This document shows positions 12,901 through 24,720 of a DNA stretch of 64,000 bases, piece by piece. The translations under genes and the position numbers were made by a program. The stretch lies in assembly GCA_036172245.1 (NCBI GenBank), contig JAYWIR010000019.1, forward strand, positions 434,001 through 498,000. The letters are read 5' to 3'. Position 1 is the first letter of the stretch. Every line of letters starts with the position of its first letter. The DNA comes from Raillietiella orientalis (taxonomy: Eukaryota). Under the pieces are notes generated by a model. It saw nothing but the letters and a program-made list of their open reading frames with translations. It ran no database searches and was not told the DNA's origin.

Positions 12901-13399
12901 GGGCGAACAGTGATCCCTTCCCAGCCCTCCGCTCTCCTGAAAACATTCCTCTCCCCTTTAGTTTTTGTTTAACTTTTTGTTTTTTTTTTGTGGTTTTCCC
13001 TTCCCCATCGCCTGCAGAGAGGACCTCAGCGGCCTGCGGGCCGGTAGCGGCAAGTGTGTCAAGACAGGCAGAACCACGTGTTCTGCCTGAACATAATTAT
13101 AAGACTTTATTACGAAATTTTTCTTGTAAAAATTTTAATAATAAATGCCCCGCATATCCGGGTGACACACGTCGTCGCCGGCATCCTCGCCATCATTGTC
13201 ACTGACGTCATCATCGTCATCCCCGACTGCCAACCCCCGATCGCGTCCCCCTGGCGCTGACCTGTGTCCCTACCCGGCAGAGTCTTCGCCCTGACTTCCC
13301 TATTCCCTTCCTCCCGCTTTCCTGGCGCGAGGCGTGGCCAGCATTGGGCCCCTGCGGCGCTGAACGCCCTCGAGGCAGTCACTGGGTTGTAGGAGCAGG

Positions 13400-14800
13400 C
13401 GTCGGCCGTAGGGTGGCCTCACCATCTCTCCCTGGAGCCCTCGATCGGGTCGGAGATTCCGGCGTTGTCCGTTGGAGGAGCTGCCGACGATCGACGATCC
13501 AGAAGTCCGTCGTGCCTGTAGATCACGAGGTCAGACCTGGAATGGAGAGTATGCTCATCTCTCGCATGGATCACCGCGGAGATGGTAGGCTGGAAACCTG
13601 CCGGCAGCCCACTGGGGAAAGAGTTGGGAGATGACGATCCCTGCCCTTCCGGCGATGGTCTCTACGATCTTCTCAAGCCCCTGAAGATGGCCAACGGAGA
13701 GCGCCCTTCGCTCGCAGCCTCTGCGATCCCGGAGGCGACTTTTCTGATTGCATTCGGCCCTTAACCCGACCACTTCCGGAATCCTTGAAAATGGTGCCTT
13801 CCTCCGGGTCACTTCCGGTAGCCCGGGGGCGTGAAGAGCTCGGAAGCCACCCAGTCCAACCCGTCCAAGTCGATCGGGAGATGTCTCCCCTTTTCGCATG
13901 TGCTGCGCGGTGCTGCGTGCCGCTGCCGACCGCTCGGGATACTGGAGGTCCAGTTGCAGTCTCCCGGTGCCCACCTGCTTCCGGAGCGGTGAGTTCCAGC
14001 GAGGGGCACGGGAGGTCTCGCGGTGCGCATGAGCGCCAGGGACGGCCGGGATTACGGGCGGCGCTGGAACGGCTCCCGGAACACGAGGTCCTCCGATCTT
14101 CCAACAGCTCCTCTGCCTCCCTCCTTCTCCTTCCGTCGCCAAGTCACGAGGGCCTACGTCACGAGGCGTCCCTCCGAATCTGAAGGCCGTGTGAAGGAGG
14201 AACTGACCTTGGGGCTGGCGGAGAATCTCATGGCTTCCTGGTGGAGGCGAGCGGGGCCGCGCCGGCAGGTGGAGGCGTTCGAAGCGCGCGAAGGTTCCGT
14301 TGGAAGATATCCTCAGGCATCCGAGGTGCCGGACGGTCCAGGAAGCCGAGCCAAGAGAGGAAGGAGATGCTCTCTCGCCTCCTCGAAGATTCGAGCCCTG
14401 GAAGGTCGCGTTCCGGGAACCGGGCTGGGAGGAGGCCGAAGTGCCCGGGAATCGCCTCACAGCTTCCTCCCTCCCGCCGCCACCACCACCTGCACCACGA
14501 GGTCATCAACGCACCAGGGGGGTCCGCTCCTTTGAGCAACTGGAGAGGTGCCCGTGAGGACTTCTGCTCCATCTTGAAACCGGTGGGGTCCTCCGGTGAG
14601 AGGGGTCCTCTCTCCGTTGCACGACAGGAGAGGGAACTCCCCACTCCTTTATTCCTGGAAGGAGCCGAAGGTCGACTCCCATTGTTCCGGCCTTCATCAG
14701 GGGCTTCCGGCTTAATCCACCGCCGGTGCCACGCCCGAATGATTAGGCCAACCAGCGCCATTGCAGGAGAAACTCGGAACCCAACGATGCAGTGGCGTCA
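13400..14800 (-). mobile_element. decayed L1-clade endonuclease C-terminus and RT N-terminal fragment
   Basis: In minus-strand order: GVDLRLL (RID-like), GFKMEQKSS (WKLN-like), KGETSP/DLDGL (SPGxDG domain 0), RRALSV...LEKIVETI (domain 2a), DFW (domain 3-like). Many frameshifts. Confidence 0.4.
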
Positions 14801-14999
14801 GTTTCTGCAGGAATATTCGAACCCGCGACGCATGGTGCCACGCGCGGGAGCCTTAACCACAAAGCCTCCGACGCGGACAGATCGACCTCCCTTCCTTCGG
14901 TCCGGCTTCACACCCGGGAGACGAACTACTCGAGGGGTGCGGACGGTTCCCTCCCCCTTTCTCTTTCGGGGAACACCACGCGTTCCGCCCTGCTCCCGT

Positions 15000-15700
15000 G
15001 GGGAGATGGGACTCCCCACGGGAGCAGTGGCCGAGAGGTGCGTCGGCCGAACGCAGAGGACCTACCGCCTGAGGCACCCCCGCTCTTGTCCCGCACATCC
15101 TCCTCCTCGACCGTCGCCAAGCAGCTCCCCGAAGAGCGACGTTGCAGCAGGAGCATCGGCAGCCTGCCGCGAACCGCCGCCTCCAGGTCTCTGCCCCGCG
15201 GTGGCGGTCCCTTCTGCTCGGCGCTCTAGGGTCGGCTGAACCTGCTCTCCTTCGTCTCCTGCGGCTCACTGCCGACTCGCAGGACCCGACCTCTTCCCAG
15301 AAAGGGGTCCCCACGGACGCCCACTCACCCGGTTGCTTCTCAGGTCGAGACTGTGCCCACATACGATGCACACCGCAGGATCCGCTACCTCTGACCTGAC
15401 CCGGCGAGGCGCCAGGGCGGACGGGGGAAGGGGGGGGGGAGAACGGCGAAGATTCTAAAACTCCTGATCCAGCGAGGCACCAGGTATGAAATGCCCCTTT
15501 TCTGGAGAAGGACCCGGAGACAGGTAGGAAGGGTCATCGACAGGGCGGGAAGACGGTAGAGGACAGGACAGGAGGAGGTTGGATAGAGAAGGAAGAAGGT
15601 GGAGAATAGGGAAGGAGGAAGGTGGAGAGGGCATGGGGAGCACGGTGAACAAGGCACGAGAAGGGTGGACAAGGAAAGAGGGTGAACAGGGCAGGAAGAT
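15000..15700 (+). mobile_element. LINE 3' fragment (zf-RVT-like) ending in a purine-rich minisatellite
   Basis: FVSCGSLPTRR, then PGCF/VET/AHI..C across frames. The tail 15520-15700 is the reverse complement family of the 24235-24720 repeat. Confidence 0.35.
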
Positions 15701-18700
15701 GGCTGTTCATCCCATATTGCTGTGGTCCCCACGACTTGATGGTGACGCGAGCCGAGTTTGCCACGTTTCCTGCGGGCGAAAGGCGGAGCGCGTGGCTGGA
15801 GCGTTTTTCTTCCTTCCGCGCTCCTTCTCGAGGGCTGGACCGATGCATTTGCCGATAGGGCAGCGCGCGTCCGGCCACGTGTCGCGGTCGCTTCCGCTCG
15901 GGTCGCAGCGACGGCACTGGTGCCGGGTATTCCCCCGGTTGCTTCCCGGCCTCCAGCCGTCTGCGTGGGTTTTCCCTTTTCGATGCGCTCGATTGAGCTC
16001 TCCTCGCCATCGGGCGCAGAGATGAAGGCGCCGCTCCGCAACGCCCGCCGCCAGCGACATTCCGCAAGACCCGGTGGAGAGCTGCCCTCGTTAAGTGAGC
16101 GAGGGCGGTTCTCCACTGCTGCCTCCAGCCATTTGACCTCGGATGCTCCCCCCTCGGAGATACCTTGTCCTCCTCCTCCATTACCCCTCGTCTTCGGCGC
16201 CTGCGTGGCTGACCAAGGACCAGCGGATGAGAGGCGACTGCTCCAGGCTTTCTCTTCCTGGAATCCGCGGACGCGTCTGCTCCGTGCCGACGCCCGGAAG
16301 GGTCAGCCCGCTGACACGGATTCAGAGAGCATGAGATGCTGAAACTTTTTCTCGGAAGAACGTCCGTTTCGGGAAGCTTTCGGGGAGCGTAACCATGGAC
16401 ACACTTTCCGTGACCACTTTCTCTCTCTCTCTCTCTCTTTTCGGTCTTTGTCCAGCACAGATGACGTGTGCGGACTCAGCTAAGCACCGTAACCGGGTCT
16501 GTGATCCACTTTCGGTACCCATTAGCGCCGCATTCCTCCGGACAACCCGTCCTCGAGCCGGCACGCGTCAGGTGCTGCCATCTTCCATCCATCGGCCTGC
16601 AGCAAGCCCGACCAACCCGACTGAGAACGCGATGCCGCTTCCGCCTCCGTGGTATGGAGGGATGCGGAAGCAGACGGGAAGGCGGAAATGACACACGCGT
16701 GACCCAACCGGAAGACCGGCTTGCAGTCCACGGCGGCAGCAGCCACTTTTTTTCACGGCTTGTTCCGACATCAACCCCCCCTCCCCTTCCCCAAATAAAA
16801 AACTGGAGCGGCGTATCTTCACGGACGAAAGACTTCACAGTGGTGCCAGATTTTCCTCGGCTTTGTTTATTCTTTGTCTTCTGTCTAAGAAGCGGGGAAA
16901 GAAACAAAGAAAGGAAAAAAACACAGAAAACTGGAGTCTGCGCTTCCGAGCCCCGTTCGCGCCAGAGCGCAAGTGCATTCGAAGAATTCCCGTGGTAACC
17001 GCCGTCGATGCGTGGAGCCGAAGGCGAACTTCACCCTCGCTTGAGCTCCTCCGAGGAAGAACGCGGGAGAACCAGCGAGCGAGCGACAGTGATCGTGCGC
17101 AGAGCGCGTTTCCAAGGAAATCCGCCAAGCAGTGGAGGAAGGGAAAATAGAAAGGATTCTCACGCCGCATCAGGCGGCAGCAACCCTTGCTCCCGGACCG
17201 CCGGAAAGGGGAGGCATGGAGCCCATCCCCCCCGACCTCCCTAGTCACCCTCTCAGCTGCAGACGAACGCGCTTCTGGGGAAGGAACGCCTCCTTAAGAG
17301 TCACACGAGGAGCGAGTTCGAATCCCCGGGTGCGAGCACCCTTGTGGGGGAATGCGCGCTCGCCTCAACAACGATCGAGCCTCGCGCATGCGCCGACTCG
17401 AGCGGAGCGGAGACGGCAGAGTGACGGAGGGCAAACAAACAAAAACAAAAAAAACGTGCCGTGCGTCTCAAGGAGCGGATTCGAATCTCGGCATGCGGCG
17501 CGTCGGGCGAAGGCAAGAGGACGAATGAAGGGGGGCAAGGAAACCATGAAAAAATGGCAACCCGTTCGCGGGAGAGGGGTGGTGATGAGCGGATCCAACC
17601 GCGGCGACCTGCGAGCGCGAGGACCGAAGCACCTCCGGCAGGGGGGGGGGAGGCAGACACACGGCAAAGGAGGGCACATGGCCTTTCCTCACAGAAAAGG
17701 GGGGAGCCATCGCTTCTGCGCCGCTCCGTGCAGCACCCGACCGCTGGGCGGTTCAGCGGTCCGCCGGGAGAACCCAGCCTGGACGTGCGGGAGCGCTTCC
17801 CTCCCTGCCCGCCTCCGAAGGGCGAACGCGTGCCGCGACGAGGTCGCTGAACTTTCCCGCCGGTGCTTCGCTCATTCCTCCGTGCGCCGCTGGGTGCCGC
17901 ATCGGGTTAGCTGTCCGGGTGAGGCCGTCCCAAACCCACAAGGGAGTCGAGGGGTCCGCTCTACCCCTGCGTTCCGACGGCCGCCGCTGCTCTTGTGGTT
18001 GGTGTGAGCGCCGGCCTCTGCTGCTAGGACGCGGCTCCCTCGGCCAGGGAGGCGGGCAGTGACGTCACACGCCTGCGGAGGGCTCGCAACGGCAGCAGCG
18101 GCTCGCAGACGTCTCGGGTCCGATTCGGCCGGCCCGCCGCGGGCGGAAGAGCGGCGCGGGGTCTCCGGGAACGCTGTTGGTCGTTGCGGTGCTCAATTCT
18201 CCCTTCACCCTCCCCTCGAACGACCTCGGAAGCCGCCGGCGTCCCCCAAGGTCGAAGCCGAGAACTGCACCTTTCGAGGGATTCAAGATGAAGCCTCGTA
18301 GGTCTCGCGGTCTCTCCTTTCGCTGAAGGGACACAGCGGCGAGACGTTGGTCCCAGGGTCTCCGGTGGAAGGGATGCTGAGCTCGGGAAGATGGTCACTG
18401 CCCGGTGGCGGAAGCGGCGACTGCGGAAAGAAGGGCGCCCGAGATTCTCCCGCGACCTGCGGGCGCGTTTTGTGTGTCGAGGCGAAAGATGCGCTCGCGC
18501 CGCCGACGGCCTTCCTCGCCGACTGGCGCCACCGGTGAGGAAGACGGCGGCCAGCACGCGGGTCCAGTCGGAACGGAACCTTCCATCCCCGGCCGGAAGG
18601 ACGCAACCCGTCCCTCCTGGAAGGACAGCGAGCTCCTGGGGAAAGCGCAGAGTCCGCGTGGGCTCGCGCGGCACCTTCAAGATCGGAAGAGCGTCGACAG

Positions 18701-18949
18701 CTGAGGGGACACGGAGTCTTGCAAGGGTAGCTGCCGCCCCCCTTGAGTCCGACAGCGGGACGCGCTTCGACCCCTCGTCTCTGAAGGGTTCCTTCAGCTC
18801 CTCTTCCGCCAACCCGGTCCTCCCTCTTCTGCTCCCCTTTTCGCCTTGTGCCCGTCCCGCAGCAACCCCCTACCGCTCGACTGACTCCCCCGAGCACTCC
18901 TGACGAACGTCTCCTTCCGGGTAGATGCCGGCCGAAAATCTGATCGCCT

Positions 18950-19250
18950 TTTGCCCTGGTTGTCCCCAGAGGAAACTCCAAAGATCACCATCGTCTTGGT
19001 TGTTCCCGCCCGGAGGGCACCCCTAGGGGAACTATCCGTCCTGGTTGTCTCCATAGGGAACCCCGAAAGTTACCCTGGTTGTCTCTGGAGGGGATTCTGA
19101 GGGTCAATATCGCTCTAGTTGTCCTCGGAAGGAACTCCAAGGTCACCGTCTGCCTGCTTGTTCCCGGAGGGGACCCCGGGGGAACGTCCACCGAGGTCCC
19201 GTGGGGAGGACCACTCGTCATTTCTTCTCCGGAAGGGAACCGGAGTAGCT
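18950..19250. repeat. degenerate ~39-bp minisatellite, 6-7 units
   Basis: Recurring CC(C/T)TGGTTGT(C/T)(T/C)C.GGAGGGAAC unit. Related units occur at 19850-20180 and 61440-61680. On the minus strand it reads as ~13-aa repeats (GVPSGDNQ-like). Confidence 0.7.
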
Positions 19251-19599
19251 ACGAATGGGGCAGCTGGCGTGGGTCCGACGGCACCTCCGGGCGGCGGTTG
19301 CGGCTGGCCGCGCACGACCCAGTGGCTCTGGCGCCACTCCTGACTCGGCGCAGCAGCCGGAGCCGCTTCTCGACGAGGGTGCAGTGCACTCGTCAATGGG
19401 GCGATGTTCTTTCGCAGCCGCTGCTGCCTCTGGCGATGGTTCTTGCTGTTGTTGCTGGGCTTCGCCCGCCTGTGTGGCAACCGAGGTAGCAGCGGTCGTT
19501 ATCGCCCGCTTGCAGTCCTGTCAGGAGGGGGTGACGGGATGCCTCCTCGGCGCTCCCAGGAAGTCTTTCGCAAGGACCATTAGCGGTCAGCGGTCGCCG

Positions 19600-21010
19600 C
19601 CTCTGCGGAGATCTCCGGACTTGTTGACCTCAGGTACGTTGCCCTTTCCGGGGTAGCCGAAGAACTCCAGCCCTCGAGGGGTGCGTAGCCAGGAGGCTAT
19701 TCCATTGGGTGCTGTGGTACAGGTGCTTTTCTGCTTTGCCCTCCTTTTCTAAAAAAGAGGTCAGCAGCGACCTCAGCGGCCTCGGTTGACGGGACTCCTT
19801 TCGGGGATTTTGTCGTTTCCCTTTCTTCTGGGTCCGCGAGTGCCGAGGAACCACTCATCCCTTCAAAGAGGGGGACGGAGCTCTTTGACACGGTTCTCTC
19901 CTCTCGAGGGTGCTCGCTATCCCTCAAGCTGGAGGTAACCATGGAGAGATCACCCTGTAAAACCGGGAAGGCTCCAGAGGAAGGAGTCCTTTCGTCTCTT
20001 AAGCTTGGTAGGTCGAAGGTCACCTTTGCCCTGGATGTCTCCGGAGGGACCTTTCGCAGGGGCCACTCCTCATTTCCTATCCCAAGGGAATCCGCTAGGG
20101 ATCCGCTCCTCGTTTCCTCCTCTGAAGGGAACCGGTAAGGAATGCTTCCTAATTCCTCTGAAGGGCCACTCCCCGAAGGGAGCAGCGAGCTTCTTGCACT
20201 CTGGAGAGGTGACCATCCTAGGGGGATATCGACCGGCTTCGACCAGGGGCTATCGTTTGGAAGGGAGCCCCGGAGGGCTCCTTGATTGCTGGGAGGATCC
20301 TGGGGTCAGTTTCCAATCCCAGCCAGTCGACGGGAGTCATCTGATGTCCACTAGTGCCGCTGCACCCGACGCCAACCGTGGCCAACCAGCGTCTTCCTGC
20401 AGGGCGGGACGCGAACCCGCAAACGACTCACCTCCCCTTTCCCCTCTTTCATTTCTCGATGCCGATCCTCCAAGTGGGAATTTGAACCCGCGACGCCTGG
20501 AGCCGCACCTTGCGGCACCAGGGCTTCTCGGCATCTCTTCTTCTCTTCTCCGGCATCGCTTCTCGGCCTTTTGGCTTAGATCAAAGTGCGGCGGGAATCG
20601 CAGACGCAGGGGCGCTCCTTTGTCGGCGGGGTGGTGACTCAGGAATGCCATCGAGATGGGGGTGAGAGAGACCGTCTGGATGATCATTCGATGCCCAAGT
20701 TGCTCGGGAGTCTTCTCCACACGTCCCGAACCGCGGGGAAGGAAGAAAAACGCCCGGAGGAGGAGACGCGGACCTTCCTTCGGGGCGGAGGAACTGTGCG
20801 CCACCAGCAGCAAAATCGTGGCGTTCTGAAGTAGCTCTTCCACCCGTGGAAGAGGCGGCGGGGGCGTCCGGCAGCGCCAGGTCCGAGGCGGTTGCGCTGC
20901 CGCCCCGTCCTCGTCCGCCGAGGCGCTCCGAATCCACGGAGGACGCGTGACGTCACTGCCCGCCCTCCGTAGCCGAAAGAGCCGCAGCCGAACGGCAGCA
21001 ACCAGCGGTC
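19600..21010 (-). mobile_element. dispersed repeat family, probably the ORF1 low-complexity C-terminal region of the LINE; direct homolog at ~61400-62050, inverted homolog at ~18010-18600
   Basis: GGAGCAG...ACTCTGGAGAGG...GGGGGATAT(C/T)GACCGGCTTC at ~20180-20240 matches ~61660-61720, and 20370-20520 matches 61835-61965. GTGACGTCACTGCCCGCC at 20947 is the reverse complement of 18051-18068. Confidence 0.6.
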
Positions 21011-22420
21011 ATCCTGATGGAACGGCCGCGGACGTGCCGCTCTGCCAGCTCCGCCGACCTTCAGGGTTGCTTCAGTTGACCTCGGGGCACCTACCGGTCC
21101 TCGACGAGACCACTAACTGCAGTGAGGAGAGGAAGGAAGATCTGTCCCTATGGAAACGGCAAGTTGACTCTTCCCTCCCTGGACATCACTCTCTTGCTCT
21201 GTGCACCACCCCCTTCCTGCATGAAGGCGCGTTGCCATAGGGATTGCCTGTTCGCCCGGAAGCTCGTAGGGGACGCGTGTGGGGTTCGACGCGCACGGAA
21301 AGACAGCGCAGCGAAAAGGGAAAGGGCTGCTGAGGTCACTTGAGCCTCCAGCGGAAGCAGCGGGCTGGCGTCCCGGGAGCTCCACGACAGCTACTTTCGC
21401 TCTGCGCGTAGGATCCGGCTCAGTCCGAGCAGAGATGCCACACCTCGTCTGCAGCCGGAAATCCACGACGAAAGCTTTCAAGAGAAGAAGGCAGTACGGT
21501 CTGCCGCCTTCTTCTCCCCCTCCCCTCTTCCCCTTCTTCGGGTTCTGCGCTGCGGGATTCGCGCGTTTTGATGCTACGTTCACTCCTCCTCCTGGACCGG
21601 AGCGTGCGGAGGACACACTTCTCCTGCTCCCATCCGCGGCAGCAAATCCAGGCAGTGGCAAGGGCTTCCGGGAGGGAGTGCGCGCACACAGAGCCCAGCA
21701 AGGCGCGATGGCCGCCGCGTAGGAAGCTCCCGCGGACCTCACAAGCTGGGGTCGTCCTTACGGGGCGCACAGGCTCCCCCATGGTCCTTCGCGGACCTTC
21801 TGCAGCATCAGGTGCACCGGCGGAGGCCGTCGACGGACGAGGAACACACTTGGTGATCCGGGAACACTGACCGACGAGACATGAGTTCCGGGGAACCTCC
21901 GAGGAGCCGCTCGCCCCACCGGAGGAGGCAGGGTAGTCAGGAGGCGACTTGCAGCTCGCTGCTTGGAGCCGAGAAACCGTCCAGGGGTGCGCGTGTCCTC
22001 GGAACAGGAGGCGGTTCTAGCAGGAATCCGTGTCAGCGCGACTGGGATCCCGGGAGAGGAACAGAATCTGAACGCCACCGTTCAGACAGAGAGAGGACGT
22101 CGGTAGGCAGACACGCCAGCAGCGCGGGCGTCAGGTCGCTAACCATCGCGGGGCAAACGTTGCGAGCGGACGCTGCTTTCAGGACAGACGACGGAATCGA
22201 ATGGGAAGTCCATTTCGTTGCCAGGACGAGGAGGGACCGTTAAAATTCGGTCCCTGGCGGTCGTTGCCGGTGTAGAATGAGGTAATGAATTAGAAAGTTC
22301 CTTTGGATGAAGATTCCGGGGTGCCTGGAAGGGAGTGGGGGGTGCGACCGTTCCTTCCCTGAAGTCAGCGCGTTTCCAGCAGCGGTCTTCAAAGGTCCGC
22401 CGAGCAACGGACCCAAAGAG

Positions 22421-22790
22421 CAGGTTAGGTCAAGTTAGATAGGCCAGGTTAGGCCACGTTAGGTAGATTGATCAGGTCAGGTCAGGTCAGGTAAGATTAG
22501 CCAGTTGGGGTCCGGTCGGATCAGATTAGATGGGTTGGGTTAGCCAGTGTGAGTCCAGCCAGGTTAGGTTAGATAGGTTGGGTTACGTCAGGTGTGGTCA
22601 GGGTAGGTCGCATTAGGCAGGTTGGATTACGTCAGGTTAGGCGGGATAGACTCGGTCAGGTCAGGTTAACCAGTTTAGGTCTGGTCAGGTCAGGTAGGTT
22701 AGATTAGGTAAGATAGATTATGTTTTGCAGGTTGGGTTTCGTCAGTTTAGGTTTGGTGAGGTGAGGCTAGGAAAGTCAGCTAGATCGGAT
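22421..22790 (+). repeat. degenerate pentamer array (TTAGG/TCAGG/TTAGA), arthropod telomere-like
   Basis: About 370 bp of AGGTT/AGGTC/AGATT/GGGTT units. Confidence 0.85.
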
Positions 22791-24234
22791 TCGGTTCTTC
22801 TGCATTCTGGAACATTCTGCGTAAGGAGAGTTTCTTTCTTTTTTTTTTGTCATTTTCTGTTGCTTTATTGATTTATTCTCTTACGGTCTCATGTTTCCAG
22901 GGGCCATTCGTGATCGAACTGATCAACGTTGCGCGATCACATTGATCGGTTTTTCGGCGATGTCACGAATCGTTCCGACGGCGTTTCGTGTGAAGACCGT
23001 AGTCGCGTGTGATCTCGAACCCTTTTCAGGTGACCTTATAACTAGAGGAAGATTTCTATCCCGTGCTCATGGGAACGAACGGTGTCTCCTGTCCTATCGG
23101 AGCATCCCGTCAATCTGGATCAGGGAAAAATGGTCTCAGAGCGTAACATTAGCTCATTAGCCTTCCCTCTTGGTCTTTGTCACGCCTGAGTGGTCATTTT
23201 CGGTGCCGGAAGCTGGCCTTCCGAGGTCAGACCTTCCTGTCGACGTTCCAAGCAGCTTTCCTTCCTCTTCGATGCTTCTCCTGTGCCCCTTTCCTAAGGT
23301 CCGAGCCGGAGGGGCACTGCCCTGGTCTCCTTGGTTTCTCGCGGCCTGAGGCTACCCGGAGCAAGGTCTTCCCTTCCAGTTGCCATCTCCTCCTCCCGAC
23401 TTCCCGAAAACTTCTCGGAGAGTATCGCTCAGGACTGCATCCAGCGCTCCGGCTTTGGGAGCACGCTGGAGGCTCGCGGCAATCGCAGGCCGCTGCTATG
23501 GCCCCGCGCCCGCAACCACGCCTTATCTCGGCGGAAGCGACAACATCCTCCCCTCCCCCTCCTTCCCCCTCGGGTCGCGACGAGAGTGTTCTTTCGCTTC
23601 TGACGCAACCGATGGTGAGGCGCCGTTCCATCCGAACCTCCCCGTAGTACTCAGGCTGGCACCCACCGGCTTTCTGTGGCTTCACCTCCGTTGCGAAGCA
23701 ACTAGGTTTCCTCCCTCCTTGTCCTCCCTGGAATCTCCATCCGGACCTCCTTTTGGAGCAGACCGAAGGTGGTCTAAGCAGGTGGTGGCGGAGGCGACCT
23801 TGGCTTGGGCGCGGCACGCCTTCCCTTCGGTTGGTTCCACGCCTCCATTCCCGAGAGCAGACGTCGGCCGGCGAACCGGTACCACAGTGCAGCCCAGATT
23901 CCCGGAAGGCGTTGCGGAGGGGACCATCTCCAACCTCCTCTTTAGCAGGCGAGAACGCTAGGCTCACCCCGATTCTGTAGCGCCTCCAAACTCCTTGGCC
24001 TGCCCTTGATCACCCGTGACACGGAAGCCGCTCCGACGCGAGCTACTCTCCCCTTTACCCACCCCCTCATTGGCATGTCCATGGCTCTCGCCTCGCCCTT
24101 CTCCCCTCCCGAACGTGGTACGCACGATCTTCGCGCCAGTCATCGGTATCCCAGCAACGACCATGCCCTGCGGGAGCTGCAAATCCCAAGGCGCGCGGAC
24201 CTGCTCTGCTCAATGGGTCGAAGAATCGCGTAGG

Positions 24235-24720
24235 AAAAAGTCATCCTTTTTTCCTGCTCACCCTCTTTTCCACCATCCTCTTCCTGTGCTGTCCACTACC
24301 CTCCTTTCCTGTCTGTCCTCCACCCTCTTTCCCCCCTATAGTCGTCTCTTCCACTGTCCACCTTCCTCCTGACCTTTTTACCCTCTTTCCCTATTCACCA
24401 CCCTCTTCCCCCTCGTTCTCCCTTCTTCGTATCTTCCACCATCTTCCTCCCGCCTCGTTCACCACTCTCTTCTTGCCCTGTCCACCACCCTCCACTTGCT
24501 CTGTACGCCATCTTCTTTCTTTCCTGCTCACCCTCTTCTTGTCCTGCCGACCAACTTCTTGCCCTGTATACCACTCTTCTCCTGCCTTGTCCACCACCCT
24601 CTTCCTGCCTTGTCCACCTTCCCCCCTGACACGTACACCATCCTCCTGCCCTGTATGACACTCTCTTCTTGTTCTGTTCACCACCATCCTATTTTGTACA
24701 CCATCCTTAAGCCCTGTGCA
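24235..24720. repeat. pyrimidine-rich ~22-23-bp minisatellite (CTGTCCACCACCCTCTTCTTGCC-like)
   Basis: Roughly 20 degenerate units; strongly strand-biased. Confidence 0.75.

Larger units (their letters stand above)
10750..13170 (+). mobile_element. internally deleted L1/Tx1-like element (copy B): 5'UTR, ORF1, post-RT ORF2, 3'UTR
   Basis: ORF1 and the ORF2 C-terminus are adjacent; the 3'UTR ends in AATAATAAA plus a shared terminal motif; both flanks are (CAT/CGT)-like. The 5' boundary is approximate. Confidence 0.75.

Noticed and set aside
16480..16600. THAP-like RVC..HF motif
   Set aside because: Needs a frameshift and lacks the other THAP residues.
20470..20520. tRNA B-box-like GGGTTCAAATTCCC on the minus strand (also GTTCGAATCC at ~17317)
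   Set aside because: No cloverleaf or A-box; the first lies inside a larger dispersed repeat shared with 61.9 kb.
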